Assembly (NCBI GenBank): GCA_963744145.1
Contig: CAVUSO010000001.1
Span: forward strand, 1,216,001 to 1,280,000
Length of the DNA: 64,000 bases
Source: an uncultured cyanobacterium
Lineage (GTDB): Bacteria > Cyanobacteriota > Cyanobacteriia > Cyanobacteriales > CAWUOF01
Reading direction: 5' to 3'
Each line of letters opens with the position of its first letter. Position 1 is the stretch's first letter. The notes beneath the pieces were generated by a model. The model searched no databases. It was given only the letters and a program-made list of their open reading frames with translations, and had not been told where the DNA came from. Positions 53,616 through 64,000 of this stretch are shown piece after piece. Position numbers and translations under genes: made by a program.

Positions 53616-55532
53616 TCAGCCAACTAATTGTTTTTCTAAGTGCTTTACCTTCGCGATCGCTCCCCAATTCCGATAACTAGATTGAGCTTCTTTTAAATAA
53701 GATTGAGCGATTTTGGTTTGACCGATTCCTAAGAAAAATTTGGCTGCTAGTTCATTCGCTAAAGCGGCATTTTGTAAATATTGATTCTGATTAGCATCAG
53801 CGATCGCTTGCTGATATAATTCGATCGCTTCCTCATTTTGTCCAGCAATCCTGGCAATTTCAGCTTGAATCAATAAGGATTGATGGAGATAGTTACTCGG
53901 ACAATCTTCAGCCCAATGTTTAAATTTCAGTAAAAGTTGATTCAGTCGATTCAGATATTTGACCGTAATTTCCGGAGGAGCTTCACTATAAGTTCCAGCG
54001 ATCGCAATTGCTTGATTGTAATAAAACACTGGTTTAATAAAAATTCCTTCCCCACCACTAATAAAATCTTCAGCACAAGCAGCATATTCTACTGCTTTAT
54101 AATGATCTCCAAACCAGTTACATAAAGATAATTTATAAACATAAACCACAAATGCGGTTAAATAGTTACTTGATTTGGCTGCTAATCTAATCACTTCATG
54201 TTCGTTCATCCATCCTCCAATTAGTTGGGCTGGTTGTGCTACTACTTTAGTTAAATTTGCGATCGCTTGTTGACAAATTAAATGATAGATCAACATATTT
54301 TTGTCAACTTTCTTTAAAGTGGAGATAAAATAATTTACAATTTTGGCGGTATCTTTTAAAGATTCATTTCCAAAGAAACATTGTAGTATATAATTAGCTG
54401 AATTCGCTCCAGCCCACTGATAGACACCATGAGCAACTGAGCTTTTAAACCCTTGTAATAAATAAGGTTTACATTTGCTAATATGTTCTTGACAATGAAA
54501 AATTGTTCCACCCCAGACGTTAAAAATATTTGCTTCTAATTCGGGAGTATTTAAGATTTGCTGAAGTTGGAAGGATAATTGACCAAAATCTGCTCCTGTT
54601 TGGATATCCTGAGCGTGACAAACTAAGGTAAAAGCATAGATCATGTAGCCAAATGCTGCTGGTGCTGAATTACCATAGATCAGGGAAAGCTGGAGCATCT
54701 TCATTGGTAAAGTATAGATCGCATTAGATCCTAAAGTCCCTGCGATCGCCCAAACTGATTGGAGAATATTTTGAGCCATTAATTGCTCTGGATCAGCCAT
54801 TAGTGGTAATCTAATTAAACTTTCAATGGTGCGATCGCCCATTAATTCTTTGGTATAAATTAGCTCTTGTAACACCTCTTCATCACTGGGATAACCAGAG
54901 AATTCTATTCCTAATAAACTTAAGGTTTGTAATCCCAGTTCATAAGCTGAAATTAAATCATTCTCTAGTTGATAGCAGATAATTTTATATTGATTGACTC
55001 GACATTGATCAAGATAATTTTTAACGTAGTTTGATGTTTCTTCAAAAATCAGTAACGCGGCTGAATAATGACAATTTAGATATTCAGTTTTCCCCAGCTC
55101 TAAGTATAAATCCAGCGTCAATGGATAATTGACTTCCCAACTTCCTACTGGTAAACAATTTAACCCATTTTTTAGAAATTTTAAAGCATTTTCAAAATCT
55201 GAAGATGCTTTAGCTTGATGCGATGCTTTCAGATTTAATTCGACTAATTGATATTTTTCGATTAGTTCAATCATTAATGTTTGGGCAAGGTTAAGATGAT
55301 TAACAATCTCAAAAAGGTTTTCTTCTAATTCAACTCCTTTGAGATTTTGGAGTAACAATTTACCAATTTTGAGATGAGCCCGTTTTTTCTCAATTTCAGA
55401 CACCAAATCATCAACTCCTTGTTTGATATCGTGGTCGAAAAATTTGGAGTTTGGGGAGAATATACAATATTTTCTCCCCTGATCAATTTCTAATTTTTCT
55501 TGACTAAAAATCTGGTCAAATTGAGATGACAT
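53616..55532 (-). CDS. Stand-alone helical/TPR-like region of the Ser/Thr kinase-AAA-His kinase family
   Basis: HLKIGKLLL..LFEIVNHLN..LNLKA..AK through ALANELAAKF..WGAIAKVKHL; no kinase, P-loop or GAF domain. Confidence 0.7.
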   Translation of the reverse strand: MSSQFDQIFSQEKLEIDQGRKYCIFSPNSKFFDHDIKQGVDDLVSEIEKKRAHLKIGKLLLQNLKGVELEENLFEIVNHLNLAQTLMIELIEKYQLVELNLKASHQAKASSDFENALKFLKNGLNCLPVGSWEVNYPLTLDLYLELGKTEYLNCHYSAALLIFEETSNYVKNYLDQCRVNQYKIICYQLENDLISAYELGLQTLSLLGIEFSGYPSDEEVLQELIYTKELMGDRTIESLIRLPLMADPEQLMAQNILQSVWAIAGTLGSNAIYTLPMKMLQLSLIYGNSAPAAFGYMIYAFTLVCHAQDIQTGADFGQLSFQLQQILNTPELEANIFNVWGGTIFHCQEHISKCKPYLLQGFKSSVAHGVYQWAGANSANYILQCFFGNESLKDTAKIVNYFISTLKKVDKNMLIYHLICQQAIANLTKVVAQPAQLIGGWMNEHEVIRLAAKSSNYLTAFVVYVYKLSLCNWFGDHYKAVEYAACAEDFISGGEGIFIKPVFYYNQAIAIAGTYSEAPPEITVKYLNRLNQLLLKFKHWAEDCPSNYLHQSLLIQAEIARIAGQNEEAIELYQQAIADANQNQYLQNAALANELAAKFFLGIGQTKIAQSYLKEAQSSYRNWGAIAKVKHLEKQLVG

Positions 55533-55843
55533 ATAGTCTAAAGTACCTCTGTCTAAATGAGAGTATTTTTCTTTTTTTCTAAGTTTAAGTAAGTATATAT
55601 TCAGTCTGAATATGGCAACATTACTAGGGTGGTCAGGAAGTCAAGCTAAGTTTTAGACTTGATTCTCAATTAAATCTTGAGCTTGAGTTGCTTGACCCAG
55701 GACGCTCCCTTGAATTTTTTGCTTTATTCTAACTTTACCCTGATAGTTCCACTTCTAGCCTTATATGTAACATTTTAGCCAGAATATTAACTTTGGTCAG
55801 GAAATGACCTTGTTGAACAGGAAACAGCAAAAATTACAGATTT

Positions 55844-55992
55844 ACACCAATTTCATTTATTCTAGCTACAGTTGGTCGATCCCCCCTAACCCCCCTTAAA
55901 AAGGGGGGAACCGGATTAATACTTAAAGTCCCCCTTTTTAAGGGGGATTTAGGGGGATCTGGATCTGTAGCAGTGCTTGGTGAATCTGGTAT
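55844..55992. repeat. MITE-like element with ccccctaacccccctt/aagggggatttaggggg core
   Basis: Imperfect TIR acaccaatttca / tgaatctggtat and long G/C hairpins. Confidence 0.7.
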
Positions 55993-56014
55993 TATACCAA
56001 AATGAAAATTTTTT

Positions 56015-56647
56015 TTAAGTAGAAGTACCTAAATGAGCGATCGCACCTCGAATCCAGTGATCTGGATCAGGGTTGTCGGTAAACTGGGGTTGACTGGATA
56101 AAAATTGGATCGCTACCATAATCTCACGATTAGTATAACCGAGAGCGAGCAGCGTCATTTCCAGATCTTCTTGCATTTCTAAGGTTAATCCGGTTGATAA
56201 GGGAATGGTTAAACCAGATTGCTGATACCATTCCGAAAGTTTGGTTTTTAATTCTAACGCAATTCTAGCTGCGGTTTTTTGACCAACTCCAGGGGTTTTG
56301 ACTAAGCTCTGGGTATTACCCGTGACAATTGCTTGGACTAAATCTTCTAATCCCAAAGTATCTAAAAGTGCGATCGCTAACTGAGTCCCAATTCCCGTGA
56401 CGCTGACCAACTGTCGATATAAATCTCTTTCGGCACTAGAAGCAAAACCATATAATACCATCTGTTCTTCCCGGATTTGCAAATGAGTAAAAATTTGCAT
56501 CGGTTGTCCGATCGCTGGTAATTGGGGTACTAAACGCGGTGGAATTTGTAAGTCATATCCAATCTGGTTAACTTCTAAGGAGAGGATCACCCGTTGATTA
56601 CTAAGTTTGTGAATTCCTGCTACTATACCTTTGAGATAACTAATCAT
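56015..56647 (-). CDS. ruvA: Holliday junction branch migration protein RuvA
   Basis: MISYLKG, LYGF, VTGIG, PGVGQKTAARIALELK, LLALGY. Confidence 0.96.
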   Translation of the reverse strand: MISYLKGIVAGIHKLSNQRVILSLEVNQIGYDLQIPPRLVPQLPAIGQPMQIFTHLQIREEQMVLYGFASSAERDLYRQLVSVTGIGTQLAIALLDTLGLEDLVQAIVTGNTQSLVKTPGVGQKTAARIALELKTKLSEWYQQSGLTIPLSTGLTLEMQEDLEMTLLALGYTNREIMVAIQFLSSQPQFTDNPDPDHWIRGAIAHLGTST

Positions 56648-56652
56648 AAAAA

Positions 56653-57411
56653 TTAGGGGTGGTTTTTGATAAACCCAAAATATTTCAGACCTTCGATAAT
56701 ACCACCAGCACAGTAGGATTTAGCTAAATATCGATGTTCAGCTAAATTATTATTATACCATTGACGCAATTCTGGTTGGACATTAGCCACAATAATCCCC
56801 CGTTCTATCCCCATATTAAACATAGAAATATCATTACCTGAGTCACCACAAACTACTGTTCGGATTGGATCGATTCCCCAATTGCGACGTAAATATTGGA
56901 CAGCTAAACCTTTATCAGCGTGACGCGGTAAAATATCTAAATATGCCCCACCACTATAGATCAATTTAACATCTAAATCGCGATCGCGCAAGATTTTTTC
57001 TAGTTGCGGTAGAATTTCTTTTCCAGTTTTTTCAGTGAAAAAATAACTAACTTTAAAAGGACGTTGTTCTAGTTCTGGTTGTAAGGTTAGCTCTTGGAAA
57101 GAATGACCGATCTCCACAATCTGGGTCCGATTCCAACCTGGGGAGATAATTTCTGCCCATTCTTGATCAGATTGAGTACCAATTTGATAATATATTTCTG
57201 TGCCTACAGAAGCAACCAGTGCATCTGGTACTAACATTTTTTTTTCTGTGGTTAGGAGCTGATAGAGTTCTGGAGATCTTCCTGTTGCATAGACAATTTT
57301 TGTCTCATATTCTTCACGGTGTTGCTGGAGGATTTGATTCAGTTTTTCTAAAGCTTGATCATCCCCAATCAGAGTATGATCTAAGTCGGTAACAAAGAGA
57401 AATTTACTCAT
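56653..57411 (-). CDS. spp: Sucrose-phosphate phosphatase (HAD IIB)
   Basis: FVTDLDHTL, YATGRS, QRPFKVSY, CGDSGND. Confidence 0.9.
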   Translation of the reverse strand: MSKFLFVTDLDHTLIGDDQALEKLNQILQQHREEYETKIVYATGRSPELYQLLTTEKKMLVPDALVASVGTEIYYQIGTQSDQEWAEIISPGWNRTQIVEIGHSFQELTLQPELEQRPFKVSYFFTEKTGKEILPQLEKILRDRDLDVKLIYSGGAYLDILPRHADKGLAVQYLRRNWGIDPIRTVVCGDSGNDISMFNMGIERGIIVANVQPELRQWYNNNLAEHRYLAKSYCAGGIIEGLKYFGFIKNHP

Positions 57412-58775
57412 TTTTTTATTTCCTGAATTTTGACCAGCGCATCCTGATAATCCCCATGTTTGTCCTGTTCTTGGTATAAATCCGCAGCTTTTTGGAAAGC
57501 TACTGTGGCATTTTGTTCATCTCCAAGTTTAAGATAAGCCGTACCTTGATTATAATAGGCATTAGCATATTTAGGATTAATTTCGATCGCTTTACTATAA
57601 TCAGCGATCGCACCTCCATAATCACCCGATTCAGCGCGAGCAACTCCCCGATTATTATAAGCTCGATCATAGTTAGCATTTAAGGTAATTGCTTGAGTAT
57701 AATCAGCGATCGCATTCTCATAATCTTGACGACGATAGAAACCCAGTCCACGATTATTATAGCTATTTGCATCACTTGGATTAGGGTCAATCACCTGGGT
57801 ATTTTCTAAATTTTGGTCTGACTGATTAGTAACTAGATCCGGAAAAGGTTCTTGCATAGCTTTTTTTCTAATCAAGTGCATAGTATAAACTAAAATAATA
57901 ATAATGGAAATCATAAAACTCGTCCCAATTAATAATACCGCACTGGGGGGACGATCGCCCATTAACTTTGCCCAAAGACTTTCTCCTGATGGGGACGAAT
58001 GAGTCGATGGATCAGCTCCAGTCGCAAGTTTAGGATTCAGTCGGATCGCTTGATTATAATCATCAAGGGAACCTTTAGTATCTCCTAATTTCAAGCGAAT
58101 AACACTGCGATTTTGGTAAGCTTCTGCTAAATTAGGATTGGATTGAATTGCTTGATTATAATCATCAATTGCCCCCTTTTGATCTCCTGAATCAGCACGA
58201 ATCACTCCCCGATTATAAAAAGCTTGAGCATCATTGGGATTAACTCTAATTACCAGATTATAATCTGCGAGAGCTTTTTGCTTATTTCCTAGTTTGGAGA
58301 ACGCATTACCCCGATTTAGATAAGCATCGATATCATTAGGATTAAGTTTAATTGCTTGGGAATAATCGTCGATCGCTCCTGAATAATTGCCAATTTCTGT
58401 CAGAGCTAATCCCCGGTTATGGTAAGCATCAGCAAAATTAGGATTACGTTGAATTGCTTGAGTATAATCTGCGATCGCTCCTTTAATATCTCCTAGAGCA
58501 GAACGAGCAGCACCTCGATTAATGTAAACTGTACCCAGATTTGGATTAAGCTTTAGTGCTTGATCATAAGCTGCGATCGCTCCGGGAAAATCCCCATTAC
58601 GATATTGATTAAGTCCCTGATTAAACCAACTTTCAGCACTGAGCGGACTAGGAGCAGGACTACTGGTGGGAAGAATCGTCTTCTCAGGAGTTTGGGCACA
58701 AAGAACAGGAAACTTGCTCCCACAAGTGAGTACAGTAATTGCCAGGATAACAATAGATGTATAAATCGGTTTCAT
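57408..58775 (-). CDS. Membrane-anchored TPR protein with TPR blocks on both sides of a TM
   Basis: Signal-like N-terminus, AYxNRG repeats, central hydrophobic helix. Confidence 0.9.
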   Translation of the reverse strand: MKPIYTSIVILAITVLTCGSKFPVLCAQTPEKTILPTSSPAPSPLSAESWFNQGLNQYRNGDFPGAIAAYDQALKLNPNLGTVYINRGAARSALGDIKGAIADYTQAIQRNPNFADAYHNRGLALTEIGNYSGAIDDYSQAIKLNPNDIDAYLNRGNAFSKLGNKQKALADYNLVIRVNPNDAQAFYNRGVIRADSGDQKGAIDDYNQAIQSNPNLAEAYQNRSVIRLKLGDTKGSLDDYNQAIRLNPKLATGADPSTHSSPSGESLWAKLMGDRPPSAVLLIGTSFMISIIIILVYTMHLIRKKAMQEPFPDLVTNQSDQNLENTQVIDPNPSDANSYNNRGLGFYRRQDYENAIADYTQAITLNANYDRAYNNRGVARAESGDYGGAIADYSKAIEINPKYANAYYNQGTAYLKLGDEQNATVAFQKAADLYQEQDKHGDYQDALVKIQEIKK

Positions 58776-58925
58776 AAATTTATTTTACCGCAATTAACAA
58801 ACCCATTATATAATTTTTCTGCTGGGATATTTCAGTTGTTGTTTTTTCTCCAGTTTTATTTACTTAGCTAATCCGAATCACTTTTTACCGGGGGTTTTTG
58901 TTGAAATTGTTCAAGTAATGGGAGT

Positions 58926-59327
58926 ATGATCGCGCGATCGCTATTACCTAATATCAGGATTTTTTTAGCATTAGTTGTTAGCATAGAACTTATTGCCAGG
59001 ATCATCAATGAAGTTAAAAATAAATCCCAATTACCCCCTTGGTTTTCCCTTCTGTTTACTTGGAACTTGTTCAGCTCAATCATCTTTTTAATACCAATTT
59101 CCCGATTTTTACAGCGATTTTCTAACTCCCAAGCTTTAATTATTTCCGCACTATTTTGGGGATGAGGATTTGAGTTAATTTGGGTGACAGGTGTAGTGAC
59201 TTTCGGTTATTTAGGTTGGGGAATATTAGCCATAACAATTGCTAATAATTTTTGGTTAGTTTTAGCAGCAAGTGTCCTAATTGCGATCGGGACTTTACCA
59301 GATATCGATCGCATCTTAAAAAATTAA
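58926..59327 (+). pseudogene. Membrane-protein remnant with in-frame TGA
   Basis: Frame continues past TGA 59163-59165 (GFELIWVTGVVTFGYLGWG...RILKN) to TAA 59325-59327. Confidence 0.45.
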
Positions 59328-59467
59328 ATCAATGATTGCTAATCCCAGAAAATCCTGATTAGGCTATTACTTATGTAAAACAAACCTTTGATTACTGGAT
59401 TTACTAATATTTCGGTTCGACCTGTTCGTTCTGATGGTGCAGTTTGGACAATATTTAATCGCGTAAT

Positions 59468-59842
59468 TTAACCATTTCCACCACTAACTTTGGCTTGGTA
59501 ACCTTGTTGAGCAAGAATTTGAACTAGTTTTTGAGCATGATCACCTTGAATTTCGATCGTATCATCTTTAATCGTGCCTCCAGCGCCACATTGGGTTTTA
59601 AGATGTTTCAGTAAAGCGGTGAGAGCTTCGGAATGAAGTTGAAATCCACTAATCACAGTTACAGTTTTACCTTTACGTCCTTTACGAGATGCTTGAACTC
59701 GTAGTTGTTGTTGTGAAGGTGGAAGTTCAACCACAGGTCTTTCTAAAGCCGCAGAATTATCTGACGGACCAAATTCTTGGTAAACTATGCGTTTCTGAGC
59801 TTTGGGATTTGAGTCAGTCTGTTTATGTTTTGAGTCAGCCAT
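59468..59842 (-). CDS. yciH: SUI1/eIF1-like translation initiation factor
   Basis: RKGRKGKTVTVISG, LKTQCGAGGT, IEIQGDH. Confidence 0.93.
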   Translation of the reverse strand: MADSKHKQTDSNPKAQKRIVYQEFGPSDNSAALERPVVELPPSQQQLRVQASRKGRKGKTVTVISGFQLHSEALTALLKHLKTQCGAGGTIKDDTIEIQGDHAQKLVQILAQQGYQAKVSGGNG

Positions 59843-59928
59843 AGTTTTTGATATTTTTAGGTTGAAAGTAGTTGTTTTGGAACCGCAAAATTTAGATGAG
59901 AATCGGTAAGGGTGGGTTCACCCGATCG

Positions 59929-60627
59929 TCAAACCTTGCTAATCCGACAAGCAAAGCATTTATAAGCTTGCTGACCCGATAGATTATCATAGTATTGGTC
60001 ATCAATAAGGATATTAGTCGGTTGATAGAGCGGGGTGCCGAGTTCGATCGCCATTTGCTGTTGAGGACCAAACCAGTTAGGGACAAAAATCGTATCCTCA
60101 CGAATGTGTTCCCAGAGCAACGCAGTACCTTCAATTGCTCCGCGCGGACTTTCCACTTTAATCAGGTCACCATTCTGAATTCCCTGTGCTTGAGCCGTCC
60201 TGGGGTGAATTTGAATCAGACGAATGCCATTCTTTTGTTTACCAGTATAAGTCCACTGAGTCACAGAATGGAAATGCACCACACTTGGGCGACCGGACAT
60301 CCCCATCAAGGGATATTGCTGGTGGACAGTTCCCGATGATTTCTGGCCAAGTTTGACCTTGTGGGTCACAGCCTGGGGATTGACCGGGTTTTGGACAAAT
60401 TCCGACAGATATAAAATCGAGGGATGTTGTCCCGTGACTTCGGGGTGGGTGTAAAAGCTTGGCAAGGCGTCATGTCCGGCTTTTGCTAATTGTTGTTGCA
60501 GGTTTGACGTATAGATTTCGATTTTGCCGCTCGGTGTCAGAAACCGTTTGCCTTTATTTCTCGGATCAAGCGATTCTACGGCTTTGTACCAGGAGGGGTG
60601 ATCTAAATAGAGTGTACTGACACCAGG
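59929..60627 (-). pseudogene. 3' fragment of a molybdopterin oxidoreductase gene interrupted by an IS
   Basis: Frame open up to the IS end (PGVSTLYLDHPSW...FLTPSGKIEIY), then HFHS, IHPRTA..GIQNGD..VESPRG, YKCFAC dinucleotide-binding domain. Confidence 0.8.
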
Positions 60628-61981
60628 TTGATACTCTCAGGTCTAAAGACACTGAGATTCTTGAATAGTCCAGAGTCTGAACTTCAAAGGCGCGTACAAA
60701 ACACCTCTACTGATTTCACTTAGGACAAGCCCAAGATCCACCGCTACTTTTCTCAAAATATTAGCCGCAGCATTCGCGTCAGCGTTGATTTTTATGCCAT
60801 TAGAACTGACATACAAGCCACGTTTAACTCTTTTTCCTGATGCTGTCCATTCTGTGGGTTTTTCACCATAAGTTGGGATGGTATCAGCATCTAAAAAACT
60901 AGCTTTGCTGGTATAACTTTCTTCAGTTTCAAGAAACTTAATGCCGTACAAGGTACAAAGTTCTTGAAGCCTTGCTTTGAGTCTAGCCGTAGGGATTTGG
61001 ACAAAGTTTTGATTAGTCTTTTGCCCTAGTTCTATCCCATCTTTTTGGCTTTTATTCCAACCAAAAGCTAAAGTCCCGATGCGATTATTTAAACAGTGAT
61101 TTATCACTAGCCGAGCGGCTTTGTTGATAGCGTCCCTCATCTGTCTATTCCGTTTCTCAGTCATTGCTGCCAAACGATTAGACCAAAAACCTTGAGGTTT
61201 ATTAGCTTTGAGTTTAGCTACTTGTTTGTTGTACCATTGATTGACTGATTTTAGATGTCTGCCATCAATAATAAAACTTGTCCCTACATTACTAACGGCT
61301 GTCAACCAATTATTTAAACCGTGGTCTATCCCTAAGCATTTAGCTGGGTCTAGGACAGGTTTCTCAACTACAACTGGGTAGACGAATTCTGCATAAAAAC
61401 AACCGTTTCTAGGGAGTATCCTGACCTCTCTAAGAGACTCAAAATCTAGGTTAGTTGGCATTGGTAGGAAAAATTCTTTTATGCCAAACCAAGCATTGAC
61501 CTGTAATCCTAAAGGAAATCTAATCTTTCCATCAATTAACCTTAGTGACCGTTTGGGATAGGCAACTAATTGATAGCCTCCTGGTTTTCGATAGTTGGGC
61601 AAGTTGGGTTTAGTTTCGAGTCTACCACTTAGCCAAAGTTCTCTTAACTTGGCGTAGGAACTAATTGACTCACCTACTGCCATACAAGTTTGTGCTGCGG
61701 CATCGGATGGTAGAGCCGAAAAATGTACATTTTGAGTAAGATTTTTTACAATCTCAAACTTGGTCACAAATTTGTGAGCTTTAAACCAGATTTGACGAGC
61801 ATAATAGGTAGCACAATTGTGTAGATTATTGGACTCTGAGCAAACGAATTCTAGTATTGCTTTTGTCTCTGGTTCGGCATTGATTAAATGCTGTTGAACA
61901 CCTAACGGTACTTGGGGCTTTTTTTCTGTTTTCTTTCTTTTAACCATTTTTTGTTTCTTTTCTTTCTAATCTTAACTATAG
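60628..61981 (-). mobile_element. IS200/IS605-family element (right part)
   Basis: Right-end hairpin ctcag..ctgag (60636-60656) ending in TCAA at 60628; left end not visible. Confidence 0.75.
60643..61947 (-). CDS. tnpB: TnpB RNA-guided nuclease
   Basis: GIDHGLNN, EESYTSK, INADANAA, RVKRGLY. Confidence 0.92.
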   Translation of the reverse strand: MVKRKKTEKKPQVPLGVQQHLINAEPETKAILEFVCSESNNLHNCATYYARQIWFKAHKFVTKFEIVKNLTQNVHFSALPSDAAAQTCMAVGESISSYAKLRELWLSGRLETKPNLPNYRKPGGYQLVAYPKRSLRLIDGKIRFPLGLQVNAWFGIKEFFLPMPTNLDFESLREVRILPRNGCFYAEFVYPVVVEKPVLDPAKCLGIDHGLNNWLTAVSNVGTSFIIDGRHLKSVNQWYNKQVAKLKANKPQGFWSNRLAAMTEKRNRQMRDAINKAARLVINHCLNNRIGTLAFGWNKSQKDGIELGQKTNQNFVQIPTARLKARLQELCTLYGIKFLETEESYTSKASFLDADTIPTYGEKPTEWTASGKRVKRGLYVSSNGIKINADANAAANILRKVAVDLGLVLSEISRGVLYAPLKFRLWTIQESQCL

Positions 61982-64000
61982 CCCACATTCCGCACCCTCA
62001 CTGGCACATCTTAATAAAAGGGTAAAAATTGGGGACGAAGAAAGTTGGCTCAAAAAGATCATAAATGAGATTAATGAGAATAAATTTTATTAAACTAGAT
62101 TTATGAGCAGAAAGAGGCACTGGGTTATTGAGAGATTAACCGTAGCAGAAGTCCGGAAAATGAAAGAGTAAAAAAATTAATTGCAATCGAGCCTAAAAAT
62201 GCGATAATTGAACCAAAAATTGGCTCGTTAAATTGGGTAACTATGGTAGACATAAACGATATTAAAATTCAGAATATCGACCATCTGGGGTTAGTAGCAG
62301 GAATAGTAGATACGATTGGAATAGTAGAAATAATTAATAATTTAATCGGGATAGAATCGGGAGAAAAAGTTACTGCTGGACAAGCAGTTAAAGCAATGAT
62401 TATCAATGGGTTAGGATTTATTTCTAAACCATTATATATGTTTCCGAAATTTTTTGAATCAATTCCCTGTGAACATTTAATAGGAGCCGGGGTAAAGCCC
62501 GAATATTTAAATGACGATAAACTGGGAAGAGTGATGGATAAACTATATAGTAAAGGACTGGATACAATATTTTTAGCAATTACTTTAAATGCAGTTAAAA
62601 AGTTTGATATATCTTTAAATACATCCCATCTAGACTCATCGTCAATTCACGTACATGGGGAATATCATCAAGAATTACCAGAGATAATATTTAGTCAGCC
62701 AGAATTGTCATACCAAGGAGAGCCCCAAATAAAATCGCGACAACCAATCAAAATAAATTACGGTTATTCCCGTGACCATAGACCTGATTTAAAACAATTT
62801 TTAATAGAATTAGTATGTACCGGGGATGGAGATATCCCAATATTTTTAAAAGCAGCGTCAGGAAATCAAGCCGACTCATCATGCTTTGCGAAGATAGCAA
62901 TTGATTATAAAAATCAAATAAAAGTAGATAGTTTAATCGTAGCTGATTGTGCCTTATATACAGAAGATAATCTCAAATTAATGTCGGAAATTAAGTGGTT
63001 AAGCCGAGTACCGTTAAAGATAAAATTAGCCCAAGAATTAGTAGCAAATTTGCCAGATTCAGAATTTACTAAAAGCAAATTAGTTGGATATTCATGGGCG
63101 GCAAAAGAGCAGACTTATGGTGGGATAAAGCAAAGATGGCTAGTTGTGGAAAGTCAAGAAAGAAGAGAATCAGATTTACGGAAATTATCACAGAAAATTA
63201 GTAAATCCGCCACCAAACTGAACAGCGAATTAGGAAAATTATCCCAAGATAGATTTGCCTGTAAAGCTGATGCAGTCAAGGCATTAACTCACCTATCGAA
63301 ATCCTTTAAATATCATCAAATTGAACCAAAAGAAGTAAGGGAAATCAGACCAGATAAATTAGATAAAAGTCAAAAAAAGTGTTATCAAATTCTCGGCAGT
63401 TTTACCGAGGATAAAAGCCAAATTGAACAAGAAACTAACAGTGCAGGTAGATTCATAATTGCGACGAACGTTTTAGCAGAAAGCGAAATTAGTAATGAGG
63501 CAATGCTGACTGAGTATAAGGCACAGCAATCCTGTGAAAGAGGATTTGGTTTTCTTAAAGATCCCACATTTTTTGCAGATAGTGTTTATCTGAAAAGTCC
63601 CGAACGCATCGAATCATTAGCAGCAATTATGGGGCTAGGTTTACTGGTTTATACCCTAGCACAAAGACAAATACGAGCCGCTTTATCAGCAGCAAAATCA
63701 ACCATAAAAAATCAGTTAGGGAAAGCAACAGACCGTCCAACAGCTAAATGGATATTTCAATGCTTTCAAGCAATTCACCTGGTCACATTTCAACAACAAC
63801 AACAAGTATCTAATTGGAGTAATGAACGTGAATTTATCCTGACCCTGCTACCAGAAGATTGTCGGCGCTACTATAAATTTATCACTTAATCCTCTTGCTA
63901 ATATAGCATAAATATATTTAGCTTGAATGAGTTCTTGAATTTAATTAAGAGCTAAGAATTAACCTATCTTAACTAGAGATTGTTCAGTTATTAACTAACA
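61982..64000 (+). mobile_element. IS1634-family element (far end outside window)
   Basis: Candidate terminus cccacattccgca at 61982; HIP1-free sequence; transposase gene. Confidence 0.6.
62243..63889 (+). CDS. IS1634-family DDE transposase
   Basis: DHLGLVAG, LNDDKLGR, HLDSSS, GYSRDHRPDLKQ, VADCALY, YKAQ..ERGFGFLKDP. Confidence 0.92.
   Translation: MVDINDIKIQNIDHLGLVAGIVDTIGIVEIINNLIGIESGEKVTAGQAVKAMIINGLGFISKPLYMFPKFFESIPCEHLIGAGVKPEYLNDDKLGRVMDKLYSKGLDTIFLAITLNAVKKFDISLNTSHLDSSSIHVHGEYHQELPEIIFSQPELSYQGEPQIKSRQPIKINYGYSRDHRPDLKQFLIELVCTGDGDIPIFLKAASGNQADSSCFAKIAIDYKNQIKVDSLIVADCALYTEDNLKLMSEIKWLSRVPLKIKLAQELVANLPDSEFTKSKLVGYSWAAKEQTYGGIKQRWLVVESQERRESDLRKLSQKISKSATKLNSELGKLSQDRFACKADAVKALTHLSKSFKYHQIEPKEVREIRPDKLDKSQKKCYQILGSFTEDKSQIEQETNSAGRFIIATNVLAESEISNEAMLTEYKAQQSCERGFGFLKDPTFFADSVYLKSPERIESLAAIMGLGLLVYTLAQRQIRAALSAAKSTIKNQLGKATDRPTAKWIFQCFQAIHLVTFQQQQQVSNWSNEREFILTLLPEDCRRYYKFIT

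Noticed and set aside
60628..61981. IStron (self-splicing intron plus TnpB)
   Set aside because: No group I intron core visible; the left part is outside the window, so untested rather than excluded.

Overview
Chromosomal window from a cyanobacterium (dense HIP1 GCGATCGC octamers; tmRNA tag ANNIVPFARKAVAVA). 1-3.4 kb: an HTH/inactive-STAND, MoxR AAA+, vWA-type conflict operon whose gene junction is split by nested MITEs. 4.0-24.7 kb: six tandem hybrid genes (variable sensor-HAMP-His kinase-receiver-class III adenylate cyclase) with near-identical outputs and divergent sensors. The two last-transcribed, most similar copies carry complementary catalytic lesions, suggesting a C1/C2-like heterodimer-dependent cyclase; this is my best candidate for an undescribed system, though decay is an alternative. 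25-60 kb: mostly core genes (rnc, CASTOR/POLLUX-like channel, CHASE2 cyclase, pilT, hisH, ssrA, ruvA, spp, yciH), an 11-bp-phased DnaA-box array beside an AT-rich tract, and many REP/MITE/24-bp repeats including a five-layer nested stack. The window ends with a molybdopterin oxidoreductase gene interrupted by a TnpB element, itself apparently interrupted by an IS1634-family element. All calls come from reading motifs by eye; no searches were run.
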